DNA from: Bacteroidota bacterium
Lineage (GTDB): Bacteria > Bacteroidota > Bacteroidia > Bacteroidales > FEN-979
Reading direction: 5' to 3'
Length of the DNA: 64,000 bases
Assembly: GCA_037128705.1 (NCBI GenBank)
Contig: JBAXVX010000012.1
Coordinates: 38,122-102,121 of the forward strand
In this document: piece after piece, positions 19,616 to 29,728 of the stretch
Position numbering within the stretch: the first letter of the stretch is position 1
How the letters are laid out: every line of letters begins with the position of its first letter
Position numbers and translations under genes: made by a program
The notes under the pieces: generated by a model
Told to the model about the DNA's origin: nothing
The model's database searches: none
Seen by the model: the letters and a program-made list of their open reading frames with translations, nothing else

Positions 19616-20539
19616 ATGATCCGAAAAAACTATCCGCTTGTGTCTATTGTCTCTGTAAATTACAATGGATCCGAGGATACTTGCGAATTTATCGAATCAC
19701 TCACAAAAATTACCTATCCCAATATTGAAATTATCATCATTGATAATGCTTCCCCCGCCGACGATCCAAAAATCATTAAGCAACGGTTCCCATCCGTAAT
19801 CCTTTATGAGAGTATCATCAATTATGGATTTGCTGGTGGCAACAACCAGGGCATTATGCGTGCCCGGGGCGAATATGTGCTTTTACTGAATAACGATACG
19901 ATCGTTGACAAAGGGTTTCTTGAACCCCTGGTCGACAAACTGGAATCTGATAAAACCATAGGCGCCGTGAGTTCTAAACTGCGCTATTATTACGATCGGA
20001 ATATGATCCAGTATGCAGGCTATACGCCGATAAATCACAGGACCATGCGAAATTTTGCCATTGGTCATCAGGAAAAAGATAAGGGTCAGTACGATCGCGA
20101 TTCAGAAACTTCATACGCCCATGGCGCCGCCATGATGGTCCCCATGAGGGTAATCAAGGAAATCGGGCTGATGTCCTACATCTTTTTTCTTTATTATGAA
20201 GAGGCCGACTGGAGTTACCGCATTAAAAGGGCAGGGTACAAAATCTTTTACGTACACAACTCATTGGTTTATCATAAGGAATCAATCTCTGTGGGGAAAC
20301 TCAGCCCCATGAAAATTTATTACCTTAACCGCAACCGGCTTGTGTTCATGCGAAGGAACGTGTTTGGAATGGATTTCGTGATCGGGATACTGTACCAGCT
20401 GACAATTGCAATTCCAAGAAATGCCCTGACTTTCCTTGCCAAAGGGAAGGTGGCGTTGTTTTACGCTTACGTCAGAGCAATCGGCTGGCATTTAAAAAGA
20501 TCAGTCAGTCGTGAAATACATGACAATCCCTATTTATAA
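19616..20539 (+). CDS. Glycosyltransferase family 2, paralog of the upstream gene
   Basis: VSIVSVNYN, IIDNAS, NYGFAGGNNQG, LLNND, FFLYYEEADW. Confidence 0.92.
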   Translation: MIRKNYPLVSIVSVNYNGSEDTCEFIESLTKITYPNIEIIIIDNASPADDPKIIKQRFPSVILYESIINYGFAGGNNQGIMRARGEYVLLLNNDTIVDKGFLEPLVDKLESDKTIGAVSSKLRYYYDRNMIQYAGYTPINHRTMRNFAIGHQEKDKGQYDRDSETSYAHGAAMMVPMRVIKEIGLMSYIFFLYYEEADWSYRIKRAGYKIFYVHNSLVYHKESISVGKLSPMKIYYLNRNRLVFMRRNVFGMDFVIGILYQLTIAIPRNALTFLAKGKVALFYAYVRAIGWHLKRSVSREIHDNPYL

Positions 20540-20571
20540 TCGTTTCGCTTGTATTCGGACTGATTTATATT

Positions 20572-20579
20572 TAACTTTG
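20572..20579 (+). promoter_or_regulatory. Putative internal -7 promoter element
   Basis: TAACTTTG in the 81-bp gap before the GT at 20621. Confidence 0.5.
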
Positions 20580-20620
20580 CTTCAGGGGGACTGCCTGAAT
20601 TCTTTTTATATCGTATAGTT

Positions 20621-21820
20621 ATGGTACACAATTATATCTTATACTTTCTGCAGGGTATTGAGGCATTGCTGTTTTTGTATTTCCTTGTTGCAGCATTGTA
20701 TTTTTCAATCTTCTCAATTGCCGGACTTTTCCGCTACCGTCTCCGACCAAAAAAGGATAGCCGAATACGCAAGTTTGCTGTGCTTATTCCAGGATATAAG
20801 GAAGATGCAGTTATTATTGATGTTGCCAGGCAAGCGCTTGATCAGGACTATCCCGCCGGCCAGTTTGAAGTGATCATCATTGCAGATTCCTTTCAGCAAA
20901 GTACCCTGGATGAATTGCGCAAATTGCCAATACGGGTTGTGGAAGTCTCTTTTGAAAAAAGTTCGAAGTCACGGGCTCTGAATAAAACGATGAGTATTCT
21001 TCCCGATATATTTGATGCGGCAATCATCCTGGATGCTGATAATATTATGGCCAGGGACTTTATCTCCAGAATGAACAACGCCCTATCCAGTGGTTTTGTT
21101 GCAGTGCAGGGGCACCGGAAAGCAAAAAACCGGAACACCTCTTTTGCTGTTCTGGATTCAGTAAGCGAAGAGATCAATAACCAGATTTTCAGAAAAGGAC
21201 ATCGCGTTCTGGGGCTTTCTTCAGCACTGATTGGAAGCGGAATGGCCTTCGAATATGCGATGTTTAAAGAATATATGTCAACCATCGACTCCTTTGGCGA
21301 AGATAAGGAACTGGAAATAAAACTTTTAAAAGATAAAAAACGCATTGAATATTGTGAGGATGCTTATGTGTATGATGAGAAAGTTCAGAAATCTCATGTG
21401 TTTATGGTTCAAAGAACCAGGTGGTTGGCCAACCAGTTTATCTATGCAAAGCAATATTTTTTGTCAAGTTTAAAGGAGCTTTTTATCAACGGGAACATCG
21501 ATTATTTCGACAAAGTCTTTCAACAGTTTTTACCTCCCAGGATCTTCCTGATGGGATTTCTCGTGATCATCTCACTCCTTTCCATTTTTGTGAATCCACT
21601 GGGGATTACCACTTCATGGATAGCATTGACAGCACTTTGCACCATCACGCTGCTCATTTCTGTTCCCCTGCCCTATTTCAACCTGGATACATTAAAGGCA
21701 GTCATGTATTTGCCACAGGGTTTCTTTTTCATGCTGGGATCCCTCTTCCGGATCTTTAAAGCAAAAAGGAGCTTTGGTCATACCACGCATACGGTGCAAA
21801 ATGAGACACCCAAACAATAA
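20621..21820 (+). CDS. Membrane GT2, cellulose-synthase-like (D,D,D,QxxRW)
   Basis: N-terminal TM, IPGYKED, LDADN, GEDKE, QRTRW; C-terminal TM segments. Confidence 0.9.
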   Translation: MVHNYILYFLQGIEALLFLYFLVAALYFSIFSIAGLFRYRLRPKKDSRIRKFAVLIPGYKEDAVIIDVARQALDQDYPAGQFEVIIIADSFQQSTLDELRKLPIRVVEVSFEKSSKSRALNKTMSILPDIFDAAIILDADNIMARDFISRMNNALSSGFVAVQGHRKAKNRNTSFAVLDSVSEEINNQIFRKGHRVLGLSSALIGSGMAFEYAMFKEYMSTIDSFGEDKELEIKLLKDKKRIEYCEDAYVYDEKVQKSHVFMVQRTRWLANQFIYAKQYFLSSLKELFINGNIDYFDKVFQQFLPPRIFLMGFLVIISLLSIFVNPLGITTSWIALTALCTITLLISVPLPYFNLDTLKAVMYLPQGFFFMLGSLFRIFKAKRSFGHTTHTVQNETPKQ

Positions 21821-21832
21821 AAATAGCAAGAA

Positions 21833-23038
21833 ATGGATACAGTCCTGGCAATCCTGCATGTTCTTCAAATAATCATTTTAACCTATTTTAGCGGTGCATC
21901 CCTCTATTTAATGGTCTTTGCCATTGCAGGGATCTTTAAAAGGAGAGATAGGGTATTTCCTGTTACCAGGAAAAGACATATCAGCATTGTTGTACCGGCA
22001 TTCATGGAAGATCCGGTGATCATAGAAGGCATCAGGTCAGCACTGAATCAGGATTATCCATTATCCTCTTTCACCGTGATTTTGGTAGCGGATTCATTCA
22101 GGGAGGAAACGCTCAGGGAATTGCGATTGTTACCCATAACGCTCATTGAGGCTCATTTTGATTTCAGTACGAAAGCTAAATCTTTGCAGGTTGCCCTCGG
22201 GTACCTCCCCCCCCAAACCGACCTGGTGGTTGTTCTTGATGCTGACAATATCATGGAAGATCATTTCCTTGAAAAAATCAACATGGGTTGTGAGTCGGGT
22301 TTTAAAGTGATCCAGTGCCACAGGATTGCAAAAAACACCAACACCTCTTTTGCCCTTTTGGATGCCATCAGTGAAGAGATCAATAACAACATCTTCAGAG
22401 CCGGTCACCGGGTCCTTGGAATATCATCAGCACTGATTGGCTCAGCCATGGTCTTTGATGCAAATCTGTTCCGCCATTATATACCTCAGCTGAGTGCCAT
22501 CGGAGGATTTGATAAGGAACTTGAACTGATGATTTTGCGTGAAAAAGTAAAAATTGAATACTTGCAGGATGCTTATGTCCTCGACGAAAAAGTTCAGAAT
22601 GCCCATGTTTTTTATAAACAACGCAAGCGATGGATTTATGCGCAATTCTACTTCTTTGGGAGAGATTTTATCGTTTCCGTCTGGCATCTGTTTGCACACG
22701 GCAATGTTGATTACCTTGACAAAACGCTGCAGTTTTCATTGCCACCCCGCGTGATGCTTCTCGGCATTATTATTCTCATGAACCTGCTCAACCTTGTCGT
22801 TCCAAATCCTCAACTCCAGTATTACTGGCTGGCTAATCTGATCATGATTTTTACCACCATGATTATCTCGGTTCCGAAAAAATACTTTTCCATTAAAACC
22901 ATGAAAGCATTCTTTTCCCTGCCTAAGATATTTTTTCTGATGTTTATGATTATCCTGAAAATCAGGGGCACCAACAAGGAATTTCACCATACATCCCATA
23001 CCTATAATGCCGATTCGGAAAAAAAACCAGAATCATGA
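21833..23038 (+). CDS. Membrane GT2, paralog of the upstream gene
   Basis: VPAFMED, LDADN, GFDKE, QRKRW; same TM layout. Confidence 0.9.
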   Translation: MDTVLAILHVLQIIILTYFSGASLYLMVFAIAGIFKRRDRVFPVTRKRHISIVVPAFMEDPVIIEGIRSALNQDYPLSSFTVILVADSFREETLRELRLLPITLIEAHFDFSTKAKSLQVALGYLPPQTDLVVVLDADNIMEDHFLEKINMGCESGFKVIQCHRIAKNTNTSFALLDAISEEINNNIFRAGHRVLGISSALIGSAMVFDANLFRHYIPQLSAIGGFDKELELMILREKVKIEYLQDAYVLDEKVQNAHVFYKQRKRWIYAQFYFFGRDFIVSVWHLFAHGNVDYLDKTLQFSLPPRVMLLGIIILMNLLNLVVPNPQLQYYWLANLIMIFTTMIISVPKKYFSIKTMKAFFSLPKIFFLMFMIILKIRGTNKEFHHTSHTYNADSEKKPES

Positions 23039-24171
23039 AAATTGGAATTGAAGGCCAGCGACTTTTCCGTCAGAAAAAACATGGAATGGATATGGTTGCA
23101 CTCGAGCTGATCAGAAATCTTCAGCAACTGGACAAACAAAATGAATATTTCATTTTTGTAAAAAATGATGTAGACCGCTGCCTGTCCGACACTCCGAATT
23201 TCAGAATCATCGACGTTCCTTCAGCACCCTACCCGATCTGGGAGCAGGTGAACCTGCCGGCTGCTGCCAGGAAATATCATTGCGATATTCTCCATTGTAC
23301 GAGCAATACAGCCCCGGTGGTAACCTCTGTTCCACTGGTCGTTACACTGCACGACATTATTTATATGGAAAGCATGAGTGTTCTGAAAAAGGGATTTACG
23401 CCCTACCAGAAATTCGGCAACATGTACCGGAGATATGTCGTTCCCCAGGTTGTACGGAAAAGCGCAAAAATCATTACTGTTTCAGAATTTGAAAAGAAGC
23501 GGATCGGGGATTTTTTCAAGGTGAATGATCATAAACTGAAAGCCATCTATAATGGAGTGAGCGATCATTTCAAGCCGATCTCTGATACGGAATACCTGGG
23601 CAGGATCAAAGCAAAATACAATTTACCCGATAAATATTTCTTCTTCTTCGGAAATACCGATCCAAAGAAAAACACCCCCGGGGTTTTAAAGGCCTTTTCT
23701 CTTTTTCTGAATTCCTCTGAAGAAAAAATACCCTTGGTCATGCTGGATTTTGACCTGAATGAATTAACAAAAATCATCAATAATATAGGAGATCCTTCCC
23801 TTCACAACTTTATTAAACTTACCGGTTACGTTCCCAACAGTGAGCTGCCTGCCTTGTATGCCTTAAGTACCATTTTTCTCTATCCCTCACTGCGCGAGAG
23901 CTTTGGAATTCCAATGCTGGAAGCCATGGCATGTGGAATTCCGGTCATTACTTCCAACACAAGTTCAATGCCCGAAGTGGGTGGAAACGCCGCTCTCTAT
24001 GTCGATCCCTATAAACCGGAAGAGATAACAACAGCCATCAAAAAGCTTTTGGCAGAACCCTTATTGCGTGAATCCCTTATCAGGAACGGATTTGAAAATG
24101 CACGGAAATTCTCGTGGGCAGCCATGGCGAAAAACGTACTGAACCTTTACCAGGAAGTTGAATTCAAATGA
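23035..24171 (+). CDS. Glycosyltransferase family 4 (GT-B)
   Basis: VTLHD, YPSLRESFGIPMLEAMACG (EX7E), FSW near the C-terminus. Confidence 0.93.
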   Translation: MKIGIEGQRLFRQKKHGMDMVALELIRNLQQLDKQNEYFIFVKNDVDRCLSDTPNFRIIDVPSAPYPIWEQVNLPAAARKYHCDILHCTSNTAPVVTSVPLVVTLHDIIYMESMSVLKKGFTPYQKFGNMYRRYVVPQVVRKSAKIITVSEFEKKRIGDFFKVNDHKLKAIYNGVSDHFKPISDTEYLGRIKAKYNLPDKYFFFFGNTDPKKNTPGVLKAFSLFLNSSEEKIPLVMLDFDLNELTKIINNIGDPSLHNFIKLTGYVPNSELPALYALSTIFLYPSLRESFGIPMLEAMACGIPVITSNTSSMPEVGGNAALYVDPYKPEEITTAIKKLLAEPLLRESLIRNGFENARKFSWAAMAKNVLNLYQEVEFK

Positions 24172-24191
24172 GAAATTAAAATATTGAAGCC

Positions 24192-26015
24192 ATGGATTTT
24201 ATAATAACCGGTTTACAGCCTTTTGATAGTGATATCGGATGCAATTGCATTAACCTGGCTATTGAATTCGCAAAACACCATCGTGTACTTTATGTGAACT
24301 ATCCTTTGGACCGGTTAACAATTCTTCGTGAAAAAAATAATCCGAAGATTCAAAAACGGATAAGGATGCGTAAGGGAGAGCTTGAAAACCTCGTTCAAAT
24401 CAATGAGAACCTGTGGAGTTTTTACCCCCGGACTATCCTCGAATCAATAAGTCAGATGCCAAACAATACCCTGTTCGATTTCTTTAACAGGATCAACAAT
24501 AAACGATTTGCCAGGGAAATTTCATGGGCTGCTGAAAAACTTGGGTTTAAGAACTACATCATTTTCAATGACAGTGACATGTTCAGAAGTTTTTACCTGA
24601 AAGAATACCTAAAACCTCTGCTGTACATATATTATTCGCGGGATAATATGATTGCTGTTGACTGGTGGAAAAGGCAGGGAATCCGCATTGAAGCTGCATT
24701 GATCCAAAAATCGGACATTGCGGTGGCCAATTCGGTTTATCTGGCACGGTATCTGAAAAAATTCAATCCACACTCCTATTATGTAGGCCAGGGATGTGAT
24801 GTGAGTGCTTTTGATATCAACCTGATCAATACAGTTCCTGAAGATATCAGGAACATCCATAAACCAATAATCGGCTACATAGGTGTATTGTATACGCTCC
24901 GTTTGGATATTGAGATTATCACCTACCTTGCCAAATCGCGTCCCGACTGGTCCATCGTACTCATTGGGCCCGAGGATGAAGGTTTCAAGAACAGTGAACT
25001 GCACCATGTCCCCAATGTTCATTTTTTGGGAAGCAAAAAACCGGATGATCTGCCTATGTATCTTGCCCAATGTGATGTCGCAATCAATCCACAGATTTTG
25101 AATGAGGTCACAATCGGTAATTATCCGCGAAAAATTGATGAGTACCTTTCCATGGGAAAGCCTGTTGTAGCTACTAAAACAGAGGCTATGCAGGTTTTTG
25201 AAGATTTCACGTACCTTGCAACCACCAAGGAAGAGTACTTAATTCTGGTCGATCGCGCCTTGAAAGAGAATAGTCCCGAATTGGCAAAAGCGCGTGAAGA
25301 GTTTGCCCGCAGCCATACCTGGGAAGCCAATGCCAATGAAATATACCGTGCCATCGATCTTGTTCAAAGGAATCCATCGCCCCGGATTGATTCTTTTAAA
25401 AGTTCATTTATCTCAAGACTCAAATCAAAACCAAGGATAAAAAAATTAATGCTCTTTCTGCTAATTCCAAAAAACCAGGCGCGGCCCCGGCTTTGGGTAC
25501 AATTGTTTGTCAATCCATTCAAACATAAAAGAGGAAAACGCTCTACAATACGCCGTCGTACAAGACTTGATGTTTTCCCATGGAATAAGTTCATCCTGGG
25601 AGATGATTCAACAATTGAAGACTATTCAACTATAAATAACGGAGTCGGCCCTGTAATTATTGGGAATCGTACAAGGATCGGGATGAGTAACGTTGTGATT
25701 GGACCCGTGACCATAGGCAATGATGTCATGTTTGCTCAAAACATTGTTCTTTCAGGGTTAAATCATGGATATGAAATTATTGATATCCCTCCAACGAAAC
25801 AAAAAACCACAAAAGCTGAAATCGTGGTGGAAGATGAGGTATGGATTGGAGCGAATGCGGTGGTTGTCGCCGGCGTCAGGATAGGTAAACATTCAGTAAT
25901 TGCTGCCGGCAGTGTTGTTACTAAAAATGTCCCTCCCTACTCCATTGTTGGAGGTAACCCTGCCAGACTTTTAAAGCAATACAATGAAGAAACTAAAATG
26001 TGGGAAAGGAAATAA
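24192..26015 (+). CDS. GT-B glycosyltransferase fused to a hexapeptide-repeat (left-handed beta-helix) acyltransferase
   Basis: N-terminal ~390 aa has GYIG and [16 protein letters not shown]; C-terminal has [50 protein letters not shown]. Confidence 0.88.
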   Translation: MDFIITGLQPFDSDIGCNCINLAIEFAKHHRVLYVNYPLDRLTILREKNNPKIQKRIRMRKGELENLVQINENLWSFYPRTILESISQMPNNTLFDFFNRINNKRFAREISWAAEKLGFKNYIIFNDSDMFRSFYLKEYLKPLLYIYYSRDNMIAVDWWKRQGIRIEAALIQKSDIAVANSVYLARYLKKFNPHSYYVGQGCDVSAFDINLINTVPEDIRNIHKPIIGYIGVLYTLRLDIEIITYLAKSRPDWSIVLIGPEDEGFKNSELHHVPNVHFLGSKKPDDLPMYLAQCDVAINPQILNEVTIGNYPRKIDEYLSMGKPVVATKTEAMQVFEDFTYLATTKEEYLILVDRALKENSPELAKAREEFARSHTWEANANEIYRAIDLVQRNPSPRIDSFKSSFISRLKSKPRIKKLMLFLLIPKNQARPRLWVQLFVNPFKHKRGKRSTIRRRTRLDVFPWNKFILGDDSTIEDYSTINNGVGPVIIGNRTRIGMSNVVIGPVTIGNDVMFAQNIVLSGLNHGYEIIDIPPTKQKTTKAEIVVEDEVWIGANAVVVAGVRIGKHSVIAAGSVVTKNVPPYSIVGGNPARLLKQYNEETKMWERK

Positions 26016-26017
26016 CC

Positions 26018-27199
26018 ATGCTCATACTGAAAATCATTTTCTGGACTTTTGTGTTTCTGGTTTTTTATGCTTACTTAGGTTACGGCATCCTGCTTTATTT
26101 TCTTGTTAAGATTAAGCAGGTTTTAACAAAAAATAAAGTGACAGAGGAGCCGGAGGTATTCGAACCTGAGGTAACCTTGTTTGTTACAGCGTACAATGAG
26201 AAGGATTTTGTTGATCTGAAACTTCAAAATTCTTTTTCGCTGGATTATCCCAAAGATAAGGTCAGGCATGTGTGGATCACCGATGGATCTGACGACGGAA
26301 CTCCTGAGTTGCTGCGCAAATACCCGGGTGTTGAAGTTTTTCATCTGCCTGAGCGGACCGGGAAAATCGCAGCCATGAATCGCGGAATGCAATTCGTTAA
26401 AACACCGATCGTGATTTTTTCAGATGGGAATACATTGCTGGGAACAGAGTCCATCCGAAGGATCATCAGGCTTTTTAACAATCCTAAAGTTGGATGTGTT
26501 TCAGGTGAAAAACGCATTTTCTCTAAAGATACGACTGCTGCGACTGAGGGTATTTACTGGAAGTACGAGTCAAAATTAAAGAAGCTGGATGCTGAGCTCT
26601 ACACCGTGGTTGGTGCAGCAGGTGAATTATTTGCATTGCGGACGGAACTTTTCCAACCGGTTGAAAAGGATACGCTCCTTGATGACTTTATCATCTCGCT
26701 CCGCATTGCCGCTAAGGGATATACCATTCAATATGATCCCGATGCCTATGCCATTGAAAATCCATCAGCCAATGTGCGGGAGGAATTAAAGCGCAAAATC
26801 AGGATCTCAGCCGGGGGCATCCAATCCATTGTCAGGCTTAAAGAGTTGCTGAATCCGTTCAGGTTTGGCGTACTTTCATTTCAGTATATCTCCCACCGGG
26901 TTCTGAGATGGACCCTTGCTCCTTTAGGTTTACCGATCATTCTTTTGTGCAACCTGGCCATCGCCCTGATGCTCGGCATTTTTGATTTTTCAAATATCTA
27001 TACCTGGCTTTTCTGGGCACAGCTTCTATTTTATTCAATTGCACTTCTTGGGTGGTACCTTGAAGAAAAGAACATCAAGGTAAAACTGTTTTATATTCCT
27101 TATTATTTCTTTATCATGAACCTTGCTGTCTATCTTGGTTTTAACCGGTATATAAAAAAAAGGCAATCAGTTAACTGGGAACGTGCAAAACGAGGCTAA
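26018..27199 (+). CDS. Membrane GT2 (IcaA/PgaC-like family)
   Basis: VTAYNE, TDGSDDGT, GKIAAMN, SDGN, GELFALR, LDDF; TM segments at both ends. ATG at 26018 chosen as start. Confidence 0.9.
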   Translation: MLILKIIFWTFVFLVFYAYLGYGILLYFLVKIKQVLTKNKVTEEPEVFEPEVTLFVTAYNEKDFVDLKLQNSFSLDYPKDKVRHVWITDGSDDGTPELLRKYPGVEVFHLPERTGKIAAMNRGMQFVKTPIVIFSDGNTLLGTESIRRIIRLFNNPKVGCVSGEKRIFSKDTTAATEGIYWKYESKLKKLDAELYTVVGAAGELFALRTELFQPVEKDTLLDDFIISLRIAAKGYTIQYDPDAYAIENPSANVREELKRKIRISAGGIQSIVRLKELLNPFRFGVLSFQYISHRVLRWTLAPLGLPIILLCNLAIALMLGIFDFSNIYTWLFWAQLLFYSIALLGWYLEEKNIKVKLFYIPYYFFIMNLAVYLGFNRYIKKRQSVNWERAKRG

Positions 27200-27208
27200 A
27201 CTTAAACA

Positions 27209-28903
27209 ATGTTACGCATAATTCCCTTTCTGGTATTAAGATCATTCCTGCTGACCTTTGTCTTGGTTGGTTTATCGTTTTCAGGATTGACCCAGGTTAG
27301 GAGATGCAAACTTACCATTGATGCATCCGTAACCATGATCACCGGGCACGGCAATGCGGCCGGCATTCTTCCGGGAGATACCATATGCCTGCAGCCCGGA
27401 CAAAAATCATTCCTGCTCTTTTCATACCTGCATGGATCAAAAAACAATCCCATTGTCATTCAGAACACTGACGGGTTGGTTTTCATTAATAACACTTCAA
27501 ATTATGGAGTTAAATTCGATTCCTGCTCCTATCTGAAATTTTCGGGGGCAGGTTTTTCTCCCTTAAAATATGGTATCAAAGTTGACCGCACGGTTGGAGC
27601 AGGACTTTCTGTAGATGGATTAAGTACGGATATTGAAATTGAGCATGTTGAGATCAGCAATACCGGCCTGGCAGGAATTTTTGCAAAAACAGATCCAAAC
27701 TGCCAGTTCAATTCAACCAGGGAAAAATTCACCTTGAGAAATCTCATTATCCATGATAACTACATTCGCATTACCGGCATGGAGGGGATGTACCTTGGAA
27801 GTTCAAAATTCATGGGACAGACGATCACCTGCGGAGGAAAAGATACGACTGTTTTACCCCATCTTCTGAAGGGAGTCAAAGTGTATCGTAACATTGTAGA
27901 AGAGTCGGGCTGGGATGCCATCCAGGTGAGCTCAGCTGATTCAGGATGCACTGTATATGACAATGTGATTGTCAGGGACAGTAAACTGGCTGTCACCTAT
28001 CAAATGTCAGGAATCCTCATCGGGGGTGGCACGAATGCCAAAGTTTTCAACAACCAGATAAAAGATGGATTTGGAGATGGCATTGATGTGATTTCAATGG
28101 GCTCGCAATACATTTATAACAACCTGATCCTGAATCCGGGCAGCGCATATAAACCTGACAGTAACTTTTCTCCATGGTTAAAACATGGCATTTATATAGG
28201 AAGTGACTATTCTGCCCAGTCAAATTCGTATCTGATCATTTTCAATACGATTATCTCTCCAAAAAGTGATGGGGTAAAGTTCACGGATAATAAAAGCACG
28301 AGGAACTTTGTGGCAGACAATATTATCATAGACCCTGGTTCATTTCCCGCCGAGGGAGAAAACGCCTATATAAACCTGGGGTCATCTTCAACAGATGTCA
28401 CTGTTTTAAATAACCTTACCACCCTCGATATTAATTCTGTGAAGTTTATAAACCCGGATCAGGAAAATTATGATTTAAAACCCAACTCCCCTGCGGTTAA
28501 CAGCGGGGCTCCGGTTAGTGCCATGGAACTCCATATTGATTTGCTTAACCGGATCCGGCCCTTTGCAAAATATTATGATGTCGGTGCATTTGAATGCCAG
28601 GATTCATCTCTGCTCGATACCCCTGAGTATGAAACCGGAGCAGATCTTCAATTAAAAGTTTCACCCAACCCTTCATCTGGAAGATTTAATGTTGAATATC
28701 AGCTATTTTATCCAACTGACATCACCATTTCATTACTGGACAACCAGGGAAGAATTTTAATGCGAAGAAACTGGAATGGTCAGCTTCCCGGGAAATATCA
28801 GTTCGTTTATGACGGGGATTCCATGAAACCTGGGTTCTATTCACTGATTTTTAAAAGCAATAGCTTGTTTATAACAAAGAAATTAATAATATTGACCAAC
28901 TAA
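27209..28903 (+). CDS. Right-handed parallel beta-helix protein with T9SS type A C-terminal domain
   Basis: Signal peptide, repeated xNNxI beta-helix turns, DLKPNSPAVNSG...DVGAFE motif, CTD VSPNPSSG...GFYSL...KKLII. Confidence 0.82.
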   Translation: MLRIIPFLVLRSFLLTFVLVGLSFSGLTQVRRCKLTIDASVTMITGHGNAAGILPGDTICLQPGQKSFLLFSYLHGSKNNPIVIQNTDGLVFINNTSNYGVKFDSCSYLKFSGAGFSPLKYGIKVDRTVGAGLSVDGLSTDIEIEHVEISNTGLAGIFAKTDPNCQFNSTREKFTLRNLIIHDNYIRITGMEGMYLGSSKFMGQTITCGGKDTTVLPHLLKGVKVYRNIVEESGWDAIQVSSADSGCTVYDNVIVRDSKLAVTYQMSGILIGGGTNAKVFNNQIKDGFGDGIDVISMGSQYIYNNLILNPGSAYKPDSNFSPWLKHGIYIGSDYSAQSNSYLIIFNTIISPKSDGVKFTDNKSTRNFVADNIIIDPGSFPAEGENAYINLGSSSTDVTVLNNLTTLDINSVKFINPDQENYDLKPNSPAVNSGAPVSAMELHIDLLNRIRPFAKYYDVGAFECQDSSLLDTPEYETGADLQLKVSPNPSSGRFNVEYQLFYPTDITISLLDNQGRILMRRNWNGQLPGKYQFVYDGDSMKPGFYSLIFKSNSLFITKKLIILTN

Positions 28904-28913
28904 ACTTATCACC

Positions 28914-29720
28914 ATGAAAAGTGCACTAAAAAAAATAATTCCGTTCTGGCTGGGCAGGAAACTCAGGGGAGGTTATCAAAAGATAAGCGGTTTACTCTAT
29001 TCTGGTGGTTCATATTATTGTCCCTACTGCAAAAAATCATTTCGCAAGTTTCTACCGGGGGGATCCGATATTCCCGTGATCTATGAAAAACAAATTGTAG
29101 GTGCAGGTTACAGACAAAACAATGTATGCCCTCGCTGTTACTCCTTAGACAGGGACCGGCTTATCTATTTGTTTCTTCATGAAAAGTCCACAATCTTCAC
29201 CTCACCTCTCACCTTGTTCCATGTTGCTCCCGAAGGTTGCCTGCGAGCCATGTTGTCCTCTATGTCAAATATCACCTATGTCGCAGGGGTCAAATATCTC
29301 GAAGGATATTATTATGCACGTTTAACCGATCTCCTGGATATTACGAGCATTCCTTATGATGACGAAGCATTCGACGTGGTAATCTGCAATCATGTGCTCG
29401 AACATATCCAGGACGACGCACTTGCGATCAGGGAATTATACAGGATTTTGAAACCCGGAGGTTGGGCAATTTTACAAGTCCCCCTTTCTAAAATTCTGGA
29501 AAAAACATTTGAAGATCCTACAGCTATTGATCCGGAAACAAGGGAACGCTTTTTTGGTCAGTTTGATCATGTTCGAATCTACGGTCAGGATTATAAGAGC
29601 AGACTAGAAAAGGCAGGATTCGTGGTAAAAACATATAATCCAACCAGGGAAAAATGGGCAATGAACATTCAGCAATTTGCGATTAATCCTGATGAAGATC
29701 TATATGTTGCCTATAAATAA
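28914..29720 (+). CDS. Class I SAM-dependent methyltransferase-like protein with N-terminal CxxC...CxxC
   Basis: CPYC and CPRC, HVAPE, LDITSIPYDDEAFDVVICNHVLEHI, RILKPGG. Confidence 0.85.
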   Translation: MKSALKKIIPFWLGRKLRGGYQKISGLLYSGGSYYCPYCKKSFRKFLPGGSDIPVIYEKQIVGAGYRQNNVCPRCYSLDRDRLIYLFLHEKSTIFTSPLTLFHVAPEGCLRAMLSSMSNITYVAGVKYLEGYYYARLTDLLDITSIPYDDEAFDVVICNHVLEHIQDDALAIRELYRILKPGGWAILQVPLSKILEKTFEDPTAIDPETRERFFGQFDHVRIYGQDYKSRLEKAGFVVKTYNPTREKWAMNIQQFAINPDEDLYVAYK

Positions 29721-29728
29721 CTGACCAG

